In this document: piece by piece, positions 1-10,530 of the stretch | Numbering within the stretch: the first letter of the stretch is position 1 | Layout of the letters: the number at the start of each line of letters is the position of its first letter | NCBI GenBank assembly: GCA_964388155.1 | Contig: CAYLYH010000002.1 | Location: 9,887-73,886, forward strand | DNA length: 64,000 nucleotides | From: an uncultured bacterium | GTDB lineage: Bacteria; Fidelibacterota; Marinisomatia; Marinisomatales; JACNKV01 | Direction of reading: 5' to 3' | Notes under the pieces: model-generated | Told to the model about the DNA's origin: nothing | Databases searched by the model: none | Seen by the model: only the letters and a program-made list of their open reading frames with translations | Made by a program: the position numbers and the translations under genes

Positions 1-736
1 CTTTGGAATTATCCGGCGACCATGATGGATGACTCCCTATGCCTAAATCTATAGGGATACTTCCATCTATATGGCTAATCCACAAATTACCACCTAGTAC
101 TTCATAACAGATTAATAATCTATTTGGAGAAACAACCATATCGATTATTTCTCCTTGTTGAGAAAAAATAATTTGCGGTTCGCTACGCAGGTTATCCACA
201 GAGTATATATTATTGTTCAGGAAATAGTAAAAAGGATCTACACTCTGCGAAGGATTATGAAAATGTTTACTAGACTCAATGTCATAGTATTTTATTCTAT
301 GTTTATCTACAAGAGTCACTAATTGATTATTAGCCCAATCAAATTTTGGTATGCTTCCTATAGTGTAGTCAATAATTGTCATTCTTTTATCACGCCAAAT
401 ATCCCAAACGCTTAGTCGATTTGTTCTTCGCCGGTTATTATATTTTGCACCTAAAGAAAGGATATGTTGACTATCTGGTGACCACTTTTTCCAAAACCCA
501 GAAGAAGGTTCTTCTGTAAGTGTCTTTATCTCTCGGGTGCTTAGCTCAAATATAGTAATACCGGAATAGTTTGCTGACGAAAAAGCAATATATGCTTCAT
601 TAGGAGACCAAGTTGGTTCCAAATAGTAGTCTTGCTCTACCAGTAAATTGGGATGCCCAACAACTTCAACACTCTCTTCGGCTGATAATGAAGTTCCTAC
701 GAACCACATAACTGTTATTATTATTATCTGTATCAT
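1..736 (-). CDS. TolB-like/PD40 (WD40-like) beta-propeller protein, secreted; 3' end runs off the window
   Basis: Not in the supplied ORF track because it is truncated. Translated by hand from ATG at 736: MIQIIIITVMWFVGTSLSAEESVEVVGHPNLLVEQDYYLEPTWSPNEAYIAFSS...WKKWSPDSQHIL...SHPSWSPDNSK. Repeated P-x-WSPD motifs are PD40 repeats, and the N-terminus is hydrophobic. SD-like AAAGAGG lies upstream. I translated only the two ends, which share one frame. Confidence 0.75.
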   Translation of the reverse strand, partial: MIQIIIITVMWFVGTSLSAEESVEVVGHPNLLVEQDYYLEPTWSPNEAYIAFSSANYSGITIFELSTREIKTLTEEPSSGFWKKWSPDSQHILSLGAKYNNRRRTNRLSVWDIWRDKRMTIIDYTIGSIPKFDWANNQLVTLVDKHRIKYYDIESSKHFHNPSQSVDPFYYFLNNNIYSVDNLRSEPQIIFSQQGEIIDMVVSPNRLLICYEVLGGNLWISHIDGSIPIDLGIGSHPSWSPDNSK

Positions 737-783
737 GATAAAAACTATTCCTCTTTAGCATTTATAACAACACATTTTATATT

Positions 784-816
784 ATAAAAAAGCCCCCAAA
801 TTAATCTGGGGGCTTT
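784..816 (-). terminator. Rho-independent terminator of the TBDR/PorV operon
   Basis: On the minus strand AAAGCCCCCA-GATTAATT-TGGGGGCTTT is followed by a T-run, about 25 nt after the stop of 840..2279. Confidence 0.85.
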
Positions 817-839
817 AGTCTTATTCTGAAATATTAAGG

Positions 840-2264
840 TTACTTAACTAACGTTACTCTCTTTGAGAATGAAACTTCAGTTGAGGTTAAACGGTAGATA
901 TATGTCCCTGAAGGAACTGCATTACCGTTATTATCATTTCCGTTCCACGTTACTTGGTGAACACCATTAAAGTGCCAGCCTTCTGCCAATGTTCTAACGG
1001 ATTGACCTAACATATTGAAGATCTCCAATTTGGCATTTCCGGTACGACCAACTTCATAATTAATCGTTGTGGATGGGTTGAACGGATTTGGATAGGCACT
1101 ATGCAACGCGTATCCCCTAGCCACAATAGAAGAGTTTCCTTCTTCATCGATAGCCAGTGATGTTGGGTTGTCATTATGCCAGATTTGAATTACGTTGGTA
1201 GAAAAGTCACCAACATAGATTGTTTTGCCATCAGCTGAATGAGCCAATGAACGTGGATTACAGGTAACACCTGTTGCAGCTAATTCAGAGGCATTATCTT
1301 CAGCTGATACACTTTGGCCAATGCCAAAATCGTCAACTAACTCTCCTGTATTTGGATTGAACCCAGCCCATCTTCCTGCGTAAGGATGAGGACTTGAGAT
1401 GCCTTCAGCAAAATATGAGTACCAACCCGGATCAGTATCACCAGCCCACAGAACACCAAGGTTCCATTGGAGTGTTTCCGCCCACATATTGACGTTTCCG
1501 GTTGTGTCAGTTCCGCCATTATCCCATGTATGTTCTACACCACCATACATCGCAACTGAATCGTAGGCAGTACCTAAGAAGTTTGCTTCCAGTACAGTAA
1601 TACCACCTGAGTTCCAAGTAGAACCTAAAAAGATACGATTAGCATCAGGAGTGACTAAGGTTGATCGATTATAGCTAACACCTGCTGGGGATACTGTGGT
1701 TTGAGTACTAAAACTTGCATCCACTTTAACAACTGGTCTTGATGCGCCACCTACCCAACTTACATAGACATTACCATCTTGGTCCACGGACGGTTGAGTC
1801 AACGAGCTCATGCTTCCTTCTTCGTCGTATGCAACGTCAAAAGAATTCATCATTTCACCGGTTTGATAGTTAAAGCGATAAAGTTTATTTGTGGCATAGA
1901 TGATATTACCATCAATATCAAGAGCCATCCCTTTACCACTGTAGGTTAGTGTATCACCGGCAGCAAATCGTAATGGAGAAAATGCTGTGTGCTCACCATC
2001 AGGAGTAAACACAAAAATCGGACGTGTTTCTACTGTATCGATTGCGCCTGTTCCATCATCGACGAACAAGGTATCGCCTGCAATATGGCCATGCATAGCT
2101 ACCCAAATATTTCCATCAGGGGCTACTACAGTACCATGGATACCATATCCATCGCTTCTGGGCATTTCATAGTCATAGAAGATTCCTTGAAGCTGCCAGT
2201 CATCTGCGAGAGAAAAACCGGACAGTACAAGAACTATCAATGCACTTTTTATCAGTTTATTCAT
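840..2264 (-). CDS. Secreted beta-propeller-like protein with C-terminal T9SS type A / FlgD-Ig sorting domain
   Basis: Signal peptide MNKLIKSALIVLVLSGFSLA. C-terminus AYPNPFNPSTTINY...IFNMLGQSVRTL...WNGNDNNGNAVPSGTYIYRL...KRVTLVK. Start placed at 2264 because AAAGGA precedes it (ORF track starts at 2279). Confidence 0.8.
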   Translation of the reverse strand: MNKLIKSALIVLVLSGFSLADDWQLQGIFYDYEMPRSDGYGIHGTVVAPDGNIWVAMHGHIAGDTLFVDDGTGAIDTVETRPIFVFTPDGEHTAFSPLRFAAGDTLTYSGKGMALDIDGNIIYATNKLYRFNYQTGEMMNSFDVAYDEEGSMSSLTQPSVDQDGNVYVSWVGGASRPVVKVDASFSTQTTVSPAGVSYNRSTLVTPDANRIFLGSTWNSGGITVLEANFLGTAYDSVAMYGGVEHTWDNGGTDTTGNVNMWAETLQWNLGVLWAGDTDPGWYSYFAEGISSPHPYAGRWAGFNPNTGELVDDFGIGQSVSAEDNASELAATGVTCNPRSLAHSADGKTIYVGDFSTNVIQIWHNDNPTSLAIDEEGNSSIVARGYALHSAYPNPFNPSTTINYEVGRTGNAKLEIFNMLGQSVRTLAEGWHFNGVHQVTWNGNDNNGNAVPSGTYIYRLTSTEVSFSKRVTLVK

Positions 2265-2317
2265 GATATTTCCTTTCATGAGTTGATTGGTTTCAGAATA
2301 AGTTTAATTCTAATTAA

Positions 2318-3559
2318 TTATTGTCGACCATAATATGGCGCACCTTCTACCCTTGTGTCTATTTTATGTATGGCTTTGTTTTCACCTTTGTAATTCATAT
2401 ATAAATAGTTTCCTGTACCCCATTCTAATTTAGTGATCGGAGGTGAAATAATCTTAGGATAATAGGGTTCAAGATTTCCATCTATCGATAAAGTCATCAC
2501 GCCGTATCCTTCGTCGGAGCTTAGGAACATATTACCATTAATATCAAACGTTAAACTGGTGATATTGCCTTCCGTTCCGGATTCTCCTGTCCAATCTAAG
2601 ATCAACATGGTTTCTCCCAGCTCACCAGTTTCAGATAATATTTCGTTTCTCCATACTCCAACAGATGGAACAGACGGGTCATCACCAGAATACTTCCCAG
2701 CAACATACACATGGTTATTAAAAACACGCAAAGCAGTAATGTTTGTCTCTTCATAAGGTTTAGCTACACTTACTGACATATTAGACGTAATCAGATATAC
2801 AGCTTGTCCACTTCCGCCAGCAAATAGGTTACCGTTAACGTCAAAATCCATTGCAATAGCTAAACCCGGGAGTACAGCATAGCCTAACCCACCACTAATT
2901 AAATTAATTTGAATTAAGTATGGGTTTCCACCATCCGTAAAATAAATATTTTGATTCGAGCCTAAGATTAAACATTTAGGTACGATTCCTAAATTGTAGG
3001 GTGTTAAATCTAAATATTGATAGATTCTTTCGCCATAAGGAGCTAACAATTTTTCAATACTAATTGATTGCCCGGCACTTAAACCTAATAATAAGTTCTC
3101 TTCAGTGTCAGTTGTTATTCCATAAATACTCTCTTCAAAGCTATCGAATGTCCCGTATTCGACTAATCTTGGGTATAGTTTGTACGGAAAGTATTCACCA
3201 AATAAATATGCACCCTGTACAGCCACTTTAATTGTAATGGAGTCAGCGGTTAAAGAAGGTGGGCTTACCGTTAGCAGTGTATCGTTAGCTTCGAGTATCT
3301 CGCCTAAATAGGAGTTAAAGAACACCATAATATCATCAGAGTTTGCACTAAAATTATCACCATGGATGTAAACAATATCCGCGCCGGCAAATGCACTGTC
3401 AGAAGGAAATACTTGAGTAATAACCGGATCCGGATTTGGTGTATCATTTGGATTCCAAATATCACTAGGATATTGGTTGTCTTGGCACCCCCAAAACCCG
3501 ACAAGGCTTATTGCTACAACTAATATTAATTTAACAAACGTATTATTCATATGACTCAT
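2318..3559 (-). CDS. Lipoprotein with IPT/TIG domain and beta-propeller (NHL/SMP-30-like)
   Basis: Lipobox FWGC. P-x-I-T-x-V-x-P...G-x-x-V-x-I-x-G-x-N-F IPT/TIG pattern. Repeated D-x-x-G-N-L/M blades follow. Confidence 0.7.
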   Translation of the reverse strand: MSHMNNTFVKLILVVAISLVGFWGCQDNQYPSDIWNPNDTPNPDPVITQVFPSDSAFAGADIVYIHGDNFSANSDDIMVFFNSYLGEILEANDTLLTVSPPSLTADSITIKVAVQGAYLFGEYFPYKLYPRLVEYGTFDSFEESIYGITTDTEENLLLGLSAGQSISIEKLLAPYGERIYQYLDLTPYNLGIVPKCLILGSNQNIYFTDGGNPYLIQINLISGGLGYAVLPGLAIAMDFDVNGNLFAGGSGQAVYLITSNMSVSVAKPYEETNITALRVFNNHVYVAGKYSGDDPSVPSVGVWRNEILSETGELGETMLILDWTGESGTEGNITSLTFDINGNMFLSSDEGYGVMTLSIDGNLEPYYPKIISPPITKLEWGTGNYLYMNYKGENKAIHKIDTRVEGAPYYGRQ

Positions 3560-3576
3560 GTTATGACCCTTTTGAG

Positions 3577-4581
3577 CTAAATAGCAATATTTAATGAAAA
3601 CCGTTGGACATTATCAAAGACACCAAAAGGTGTATATGCATAATCAATCTCTAATAGCATGCCTGATATTGTTTTTTGTATCCCTATACCGGCAGTTAAA
3701 CCACGCTGATCGTAATTATACAAGTATCCGCTTCTAAGCACCAACAAATCAAAAAGTGTATATTCTAATCCGAGATTTATCCGTTCGCTATATGAACGTG
3801 GATGAAGTGCATCAATCGAAAGAATCAATGATTGTTGTTTAGCTTCGAAGCCTATCATACTCATTAAATTAACTGAGGCCCCCATGGTAAATGTTAGAGG
3901 AAGCTGAAATCCTTCAGTTTGATACTTTATTTCCTGCGAAAAATTACGAATAGACATACCGAATGAGAAATCATTCCATCCCGTATAATACACGGTTCCA
4001 AAATCAAATGCGATAGCTTCAGCAGTATTTTTAATAACAGAATTTGAAGTATCAGTAGCCGGTATAACATTTCTTCCTAAATATTGGTATGCCTTTTTTA
4101 TATGAAGTCCTACTGAAAATTTATCGGAGAGAGATTTTGCGTAACCCACGCCTATAGCTGTTGCTATTGGATATATTATTTCAGTATCCTTATAGCCTTG
4201 GTCGTTATTCCAGACCATAGTGCCTTGTATATCGCCATAGTCTACATTTTGCAGTGTAAAACCAAAAACTCCGTACCGCCCATTATTTGGGCTATAAGAT
4301 GCCGAAACTGAGGTATGGTGGATATCAGCAATCCATGGATTGTCACTTATCCTGACATCGATTAAGTTATTTTGTGTTGACATACCAGCAGGATTAAAAA
4401 ACAGCGCGGACGAATTTAATGGTAAAGTTGTCACAGCTTCTGCCATTCCGCCTGCACCTGCATCGGATGTTACGCTAAGGAATTGAAAACCTGTTTGCGC
4501 TAATTTTATATCAGCAGCAAAAATGGTCGATATATTAGTTATTCCCAATAATATTGCTAAGATTATGTTAATATTTTTCAC
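3577..4581 (-). CDS. PorV/PorQ-family (UPF0164-like) outer-membrane beta-barrel
   Basis: N-terminal FLSVTSDAGAGGMAEA...ALFFNPAGM motif typical of the PorV/FadL-like family. Amphipathic strands. C-terminal IDYAYTPFGVFDNVQRFSLNIAI. Confidence 0.85.
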   Translation of the reverse strand: MKNINIILAILLGITNISTIFAADIKLAQTGFQFLSVTSDAGAGGMAEAVTTLPLNSSALFFNPAGMSTQNNLIDVRISDNPWIADIHHTSVSASYSPNNGRYGVFGFTLQNVDYGDIQGTMVWNNDQGYKDTEIIYPIATAIGVGYAKSLSDKFSVGLHIKKAYQYLGRNVIPATDTSNSVIKNTAEAIAFDFGTVYYTGWNDFSFGMSIRNFSQEIKYQTEGFQLPLTFTMGASVNLMSMIGFEAKQQSLILSIDALHPRSYSERINLGLEYTLFDLLVLRSGYLYNYDQRGLTAGIGIQKTISGMLLEIDYAYTPFGVFDNVQRFSLNIAI

Positions 4582-4589
4582 TGCGCCAC

Positions 4590-5141
4590 CTAATTATTAA
4601 TGATAGCCATTTTAATAAAACCTTCACTTTCTCGATTAAATGAAATAAAATATGTACCTTGCGCCATCTCATATTCACTTCTTGAGCGAATGACAGAACA
4701 TTCCGCAATTGTTTCCAAATCTAAAATATCAGATGAAGGTATTACAACTAAGCCATCATTTGATTTAAAAAGATAGTCATTAGATTTATTCGTTGCTATG
4801 ATGTAGTTACCATCTGACACTATATCTATCAGTAGATAGCTAACCCCAATCGGCTGACATACTGACCATGCATTTTCATTGCTTTCTGTGATTACAGCCA
4901 TTGAATCCGTAGACAACCAGGATATAGAATCTGCTAACGTTAAGGCTGTCGTATCAGAATATAATATTGAGCTTCTGGCTATCATCGTGGAATCCGAATT
5001 TAATAATGAGCATATTTTTTCATCAACATTACTCATTATAAAACTTTCATTCTGATAATCCTCGAAAAATGTCTCACAACCTGAAAATATAGAAACGATT
5101 AATATTAGCAATATGAACTTCGTTATGTATTTTATTCTCAT
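4590..5141 (-). CDS. Hypothetical lipoprotein
   Basis: Lipobox FSGC after a basic/hydrophobic leader. Tightly packed in the operon. No recognised domain. Confidence 0.65.
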   Translation of the reverse strand: MRIKYITKFILLILIVSIFSGCETFFEDYQNESFIMSNVDEKICSLLNSDSTMIARSSILYSDTTALTLADSISWLSTDSMAVITESNENAWSVCQPIGVSYLLIDIVSDGNYIIATNKSNDYLFKSNDGLVVIPSSDILDLETIAECSVIRSRSEYEMAQGTYFISFNRESEGFIKMAIINN

Positions 5142-5146
5142 TTTAT

Positions 5147-7306
5147 TTACCTAATTACAATAAATTTACGTATAGTACTCTCACCTAATGGTGTTTCAAT
5201 ATGAGCAATATACAATCCACTGGTTACAACTTGTCGTGATGAGGTTATTGAGTTCCATGCTTCATCACCACTGCCATCGTTATGTTGAATTGTTTTGATT
5301 AAATCTCCGCGTTCGGTAAATATACGAATTGTGCATTCTCCTGGAATATTTAAGAACATTAATCTGTCAGGAGCAGAAACTCCGTATTGTATGTCTCGAC
5401 TTGCGATGTTATATGGATTAGGTACTACCCGTACACTATTCAAAACTCCGGGAGGTCGCTTTAAAAAAGCAGCAGAATTCGTTCGTGCATAATAAAGACT
5501 GCTTGTTAAAGGTTTCCCACCACTTATAGAACCATCATCTAATACTTCTAAATAATAGTAATAATCAAATCCTCTGATAGGACTAACATCGCTGAATTCT
5601 GTCATCCCGGGACTTAAGTCCCAGACATTGGCGATTGTTTCATCGATTCCAATAATCTCTCCACTATTAATATCATATTTAAAAACAGTCGTATCGGGTT
5701 TGAATTTCAGTCTAGTAATTCGGTAACCGTCAAATCCAGGATTATCTTCAGCTTCACTAGACCATGTAAGCACAATTTTATCTCCACCTGATGTTATTGT
5801 AAAAGTTGATGGTGGTTTAGGAGGTTCTGGGATATCAAAATTATTAATATAATTATTTCTAGCTCTTTTAAATGTATTAAAAAGTGAATCGACCCCAGTA
5901 AACACCCAACTATTTTTATACCCAATATCACCGGTAGTTTCACGGCTATAGTTTGTCATCATATATTCTTGAGCAGTTGATGTGTTTAATGGATAATCAG
6001 ACGTATGCATACTGTTTTTCCAATTCTGACCAACTTTATAACACATTTCTCGCGAAAGCCCGCTTACTGCTTCAGCCAAAACAATTCGAACAGAGTCTCC
6101 AGGTTCTAGGGTATATGGTCCATAGCCAATCCCTTGAGACGTACCACCCGGATTACTTTCACCACCTGGACTGAACTGATTTGCATTTCCAGCCCCTATT
6201 TGTTTTGCTTGAGTTTCCTCAGGGTGCCCTTGCGTCATATATAGATATTCTTCGGTCATTCTTGAAGAGTTATATTGGTTGCTCCCTGCATCAGTTAGAG
6301 GATCATCTGACAACATGTACCAAGTTGTCGATGGCTGTGAAAGATCGTCAGAGGGGTCTGTAGGACTTATGTCTGCATGGAGCGTTACAATACCAGCAAA
6401 CTGAGCAGCTCCTAAATGTCCTTCACCTGGTTCATTCGGACCACCGATATTATCAAAACCTGCTCCGGAATGATATCCATGCCAGGAAAATGATGCACGC
6501 ATAGGAATACCATCTTCATAGGTTTGATCAAGCTCACCGTCAGGGCTGATAGGAGTCTCTCCAATAACCTCATTCATGGTGTTATGACCCCAGGCAGCAC
6601 TCTGTGGTAGCCAGTTTCCGTCGTAAACCATTCCCTCTCTGCTTAAAGCATATCTATACTGAAAATATGGCGTAAATCCCTCGATTGTTTGTTGTTGCTG
6701 CGTAGAGCAATCCCCATTAAAGCAGCCATTATTTTTAAATACATATTCAATAATGTGATAGTTTTGATGCTCAGGATTGGCAAAAGCATAAATCCTTCTA
6801 GTCATTTCTATTCCCATAGATGTTTGTACTCTATTAACCAGCATTCTATCTGATGATAATGTTTCATCTACTACATCTACTTCATCCATATACTGGAGGT
6901 TTGTTGCGGGATCACCGTCAACAAATACTTGTGGATGATTATATTTCCCATAAAGTGTAAACTCTAAGGGTATCGTCTCATTTTTTGTATCAATAAATCT
7001 TGGCCCAACATGGATAACTTTGTGTTCATACGTTTTGCCTCCAATTGGATCTACAAAGTTTGTAGCTCCCAGCCACATTGCTTTGGCAGCTTGGTTATCC
7101 TGCACCGGATAAAAAGCCGGCCATCTGAGTCCATCTTGCTGATCTGTAATCTGTCCAGTGCGTCCTGTTTCTATTTCACACCCTCCTTCAGAATACCAAT
7201 TTTGCAGATCACCGATGGCAATCCATTTGGTTTGTTCCGCCATCAGTGGCACACTTAATGTAATAAGCATTATGCTTAAATAATATCTCTTCATAATTCT
7301 TCTCAT
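5147..7306 (-). CDS. Uncharacterised secreted protein with FnIII-like domain and variant T9SS/FlgD-type C-terminal domain (TBDR partner 2)
   Basis: Signal peptide. PEPPKPPSTFTITSGGDKIVLTW...FDGYRI FnIII-like segment. C-terminus VRVVPNPY...IRIFTERGDLIKTI...GDEAWN...SGLYIAHI...KFIVIR. Paralog of 10531..12657. Confidence 0.75.
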   Translation of the reverse strand: MRRIMKRYYLSIMLITLSVPLMAEQTKWIAIGDLQNWYSEGGCEIETGRTGQITDQQDGLRWPAFYPVQDNQAAKAMWLGATNFVDPIGGKTYEHKVIHVGPRFIDTKNETIPLEFTLYGKYNHPQVFVDGDPATNLQYMDEVDVVDETLSSDRMLVNRVQTSMGIEMTRRIYAFANPEHQNYHIIEYVFKNNGCFNGDCSTQQQQTIEGFTPYFQYRYALSREGMVYDGNWLPQSAAWGHNTMNEVIGETPISPDGELDQTYEDGIPMRASFSWHGYHSGAGFDNIGGPNEPGEGHLGAAQFAGIVTLHADISPTDPSDDLSQPSTTWYMLSDDPLTDAGSNQYNSSRMTEEYLYMTQGHPEETQAKQIGAGNANQFSPGGESNPGGTSQGIGYGPYTLEPGDSVRIVLAEAVSGLSREMCYKVGQNWKNSMHTSDYPLNTSTAQEYMMTNYSRETTGDIGYKNSWVFTGVDSLFNTFKRARNNYINNFDIPEPPKPPSTFTITSGGDKIVLTWSSEAEDNPGFDGYRITRLKFKPDTTVFKYDINSGEIIGIDETIANVWDLSPGMTEFSDVSPIRGFDYYYYLEVLDDGSISGGKPLTSSLYYARTNSAAFLKRPPGVLNSVRVVPNPYNIASRDIQYGVSAPDRLMFLNIPGECTIRIFTERGDLIKTIQHNDGSGDEAWNSITSSRQVVTSGLYIAHIETPLGESTIRKFIVIR

Positions 7307-7308
7307 CG

Positions 7309-10300
7309 TTAAAAATCGTAGCTGATGTTAATTCCAAAGTATATATCTCTGGGGTTGAGGAACACAAAATGTTCTATATTCGGCATATCTATGTAGGCTT
7401 TATTGTTGATAACCCAATCAAAATAATCTTGGTCAACCTCTGACCATCCTTCAATTTCATCATATTGCACATATGTTTCTGATGTGTTATCATAATAAAT
7501 AGCGACACTACTCGGATCGTCTTCGTACTCAATTGCAGACGACCACTCAATAGGGACAAAATCAATATTTTCCGGTCTTACATCTCCAGGCTGATCTTCT
7601 CCCGAAAAGTAATGATATCCTAAATCACTGACCGTTTTTTCCGGCAAATGAAGTGACTGCATATAATCATCGTAATCATACTTATCTTCAAACCCATATC
7701 CAGAGAAATTTTTTATATTCAAAACATTGTAAATATCACCATAGAATTTTACGTTTATGTTTTTGATTTTTAATGTCTTAGATAATTTAATATCAAAATT
7801 TTTATTATCTTTGTACTGAAAGTTATACTTAATTCCACTTACCTTATTTGGATTATACGTAAACCATCCACCCTTATTCCATCTTGATATTAAATTCAGA
7901 TGCCAATCTCCAAATAAGTAATTATTTACAAGTTTGGGTCCAAAATTTAAAGGTGTATGAAAATCAACCACAGATTTAACTCTTGGGATTGGTCGTGGCT
8001 TAGACTGTTGAGGGCTCCTCAACAAGAAATCCCTCTGTTCAGATGGATTCTCGTGATATTCTTTTACTCCAAAATACCCGGATGTATTCACACGATACTC
8101 AAAGTTTATATTTCCAGTTATCCACTTTCCTCGTAATTTGGACAACTCTAGCTCTATTCCACGAATATCTTCATAACTATTCGCTGTCAGTTGATAATAT
8201 ATTACTTTATCATTCGCACTAAAATAATGTGTGTAATCTTGTTGATCTGATATATCTTTATAGTAAGCTGAAACATGAATAAGGTATTTTTCATCTAGAG
8301 CATGGTCATATCCCAATTCATAAGAGATAGTTTTTGCTAATGGCAGTTCAGGATCCCCGATTGTCTTTACTTCGTTGCTGTTTCCACGGCGTATTCTAAA
8401 AAGTTCCTGTGCAATCGGCAACTGTCTGTAGTGGCCATAGTTAAAATATAATTTAGATACATTCGTGATTGGATGTGAGATAGATAAACGAGGTGAAAAT
8501 GCTAATTCCGGTTTAATACTCTTTTTGTCAAATTGATTATCAATTTCTTCAGAATAATTAGATGAATAAAAATCTTCGTCATAAGTATCAACTTCATACC
8601 ACTTACTATTTGGATTAACATAGTCTATTACTAGTCCTGCCATACCGACGAAACCTTTAAATTCCATTTTATTCTGAGCATAAGTAGATAATCTATATGG
8701 ATTTTTGTCAATAGTAGTCCAGTAGTTGCCATCAGGTAAGAATTCATTTCTAGATCCATATTCCAGATTTAGCTTTGTAGAAATAAATTCAAAACCGGTC
8801 TTGAATTGATTAAATTGATTTAGTTGAGCTAAATAGTCGACTTTCAACGTAAATGTTTTAACACGACTTGTATCTCTTGATGTACTTATAGCACCTCCAA
8901 AATTTAGAGTACCCTCTATACTGGACTCCGGACTTCCCTGAAAACCATAAGGTGCATTATTTGCATACCAACCATTTTCTTCCTCACCAAATATTAATAG
9001 TAATGTACTATCACGCTTTGGGCCGTGCCAAGTATGATACTGTTTATCATCAATTTTTGCCAAAACTTCATAAAAAGTAGCACTATTTATCTGATGGGTA
9101 TATTTCAGAGCATAGGTAGAATTATTAACAGATGTCGGTGACCAATAATCATTGGTAAATATCCTCCATGGCATTGTAAAACCGCTTCGATTAACCTGTG
9201 AGGCTAGTTGATATGTGCTGGACATAATAGTGCCTAAACCACTTCTTGATGAGGTTGTTGCATCCATTGTACCTTGTAAATGAGAAAATGTTAGTTTTTT
9301 ATTCTTGCTTAAATCCGACGTTAGCCTAAAAAATGTTGATGTGTTTTCAACACCAGGAGTAGTAATATGATAAAGATACATGTTTTGTTTCGAAAGAATA
9401 GATGCAAAAAATCTTAGATTTCCAAGCTTGTTACTAATAAAAGGAACCGGACCGCCAAATCCTGCATCAATTGTGTAGTCCGCTTCTGCAATTGCTCCGT
9501 TTTTTCTATGCTGCCATGTAAAAAGTTTTTGAGCACCGGATGCAGTCAAATCATCAGAAGGATCTTCATTTGACAATGTCTGTTCTGACACGCTATTCCA
9601 TCCATCAAATGACGGATATTGCCGCTGGGTATATTTGTCCCATGCACCACTATATGTTCCATCCCAACATACCTCGTCGTCCAAATAAGGACGTAGCCAA
9701 AACGAATTCTCATCATATGGTGATTGTCCAAAATGTTTTTGTCCTGAAGGACTTTGCCTATACATAATTGTCCCAGAGTACTTATCCGGTGAGCCTTCCT
9801 TAGTCACAACGTTTACAACACCTGATCGTACGTTGCTGTATTCAGCGCTAAATCCACCGGTTTGAACACTCACATCTTGGATCGCACTTAAAGGAATTCC
9901 CGTTGTTGGCTCTCCTGTCCTCTCATCATTTAAAACAATTCCATCTACCATGAACATTGTTTCGTTTGTATTACCGCCACGAATAGAGAAACCAGAGACA
10001 CCAGCTTGAAGGCTCAATATTGAAGACACACTGCTTACAGGTAGTTTTGCAATATCTTTAGATGAAATACTTTTTTGGCTTGCAGCCACGTCCACCCGAA
10101 CGACTTTTTGCTGGGCTAAAACAACAACCGTTTCACCTTCTAATGCTTCTGAGTCCATCGTAATATCAATACTGGCAGTAAGGTCAATCTCAACACGAAC
10201 ATCCATCACCATTTTTGTGGCATATCCAATCATCGAAATCTTTAAATTATATGTGCCAGGAGTTACGTTAAGAATGGAGTAATATCCATTTATATTTGAA

Positions 10301-10458
10301 GCTGCACCCATGGATGTTCCACTTATCACCACATTAGCGCCTATAAGAGGCATTCCAGTTTCAGTGTTTGTAATTTTACCCGCTATTTTTCCTGAGACTC
10401 CGGCAAATACCTGTGTTACAGAGAGTGCAAAAACCATTATTATGAAAACTTTTTTCAT
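7309..10458 (-). CDS. TonB-dependent receptor with N-terminal carboxypeptidase-regulatory-like domain (TBDR 2)
   Basis: GKIAGKITNTETGMPLIGANVVI N-domain, TonB-box-like ETVVV, plug IRGGNTNETMFMVDG...GGFSAEYSNVRSGVVNVVTKEG, C-terminal Phe. Start placed at MKKVFII (10458); the ORF extends to 10521. Confidence 0.9.
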   Translation of the reverse strand: MKKVFIIMVFALSVTQVFAGVSGKIAGKITNTETGMPLIGANVVISGTSMGAASNINGYYSILNVTPGTYNLKISMIGYATKMVMDVRVEIDLTASIDITMDSEALEGETVVVLAQQKVVRVDVAASQKSISSKDIAKLPVSSVSSILSLQAGVSGFSIRGGNTNETMFMVDGIVLNDERTGEPTTGIPLSAIQDVSVQTGGFSAEYSNVRSGVVNVVTKEGSPDKYSGTIMYRQSPSGQKHFGQSPYDENSFWLRPYLDDEVCWDGTYSGAWDKYTQRQYPSFDGWNSVSEQTLSNEDPSDDLTASGAQKLFTWQHRKNGAIAEADYTIDAGFGGPVPFISNKLGNLRFFASILSKQNMYLYHITTPGVENTSTFFRLTSDLSKNKKLTFSHLQGTMDATTSSRSGLGTIMSSTYQLASQVNRSGFTMPWRIFTNDYWSPTSVNNSTYALKYTHQINSATFYEVLAKIDDKQYHTWHGPKRDSTLLLIFGEEENGWYANNAPYGFQGSPESSIEGTLNFGGAISTSRDTSRVKTFTLKVDYLAQLNQFNQFKTGFEFISTKLNLEYGSRNEFLPDGNYWTTIDKNPYRLSTYAQNKMEFKGFVGMAGLVIDYVNPNSKWYEVDTYDEDFYSSNYSEEIDNQFDKKSIKPELAFSPRLSISHPITNVSKLYFNYGHYRQLPIAQELFRIRRGNSNEVKTIGDPELPLAKTISYELGYDHALDEKYLIHVSAYYKDISDQQDYTHYFSANDKVIYYQLTANSYEDIRGIELELSKLRGKWITGNINFEYRVNTSGYFGVKEYHENPSEQRDFLLRSPQQSKPRPIPRVKSVVDFHTPLNFGPKLVNNYLFGDWHLNLISRWNKGGWFTYNPNKVSGIKYNFQYKDNKNFDIKLSKTLKIKNINVKFYGDIYNVLNIKNFSGYGFEDKYDYDDYMQSLHLPEKTVSDLGYHYFSGEDQPGDVRPENIDFVPIEWSSAIEYEDDPSSVAIYYDNTSETYVQYDEIEGWSEVDQDYFDWVINNKAYIDMPNIEHFVFLNPRDIYFGINISYDF

Positions 10459-10530
10459 TGAAATGCCCATTATGTTTAAGAATACGAGAACAAAGTTTAC
10501 CTTGATTATTTTTTTTAACAAAATTATTTT

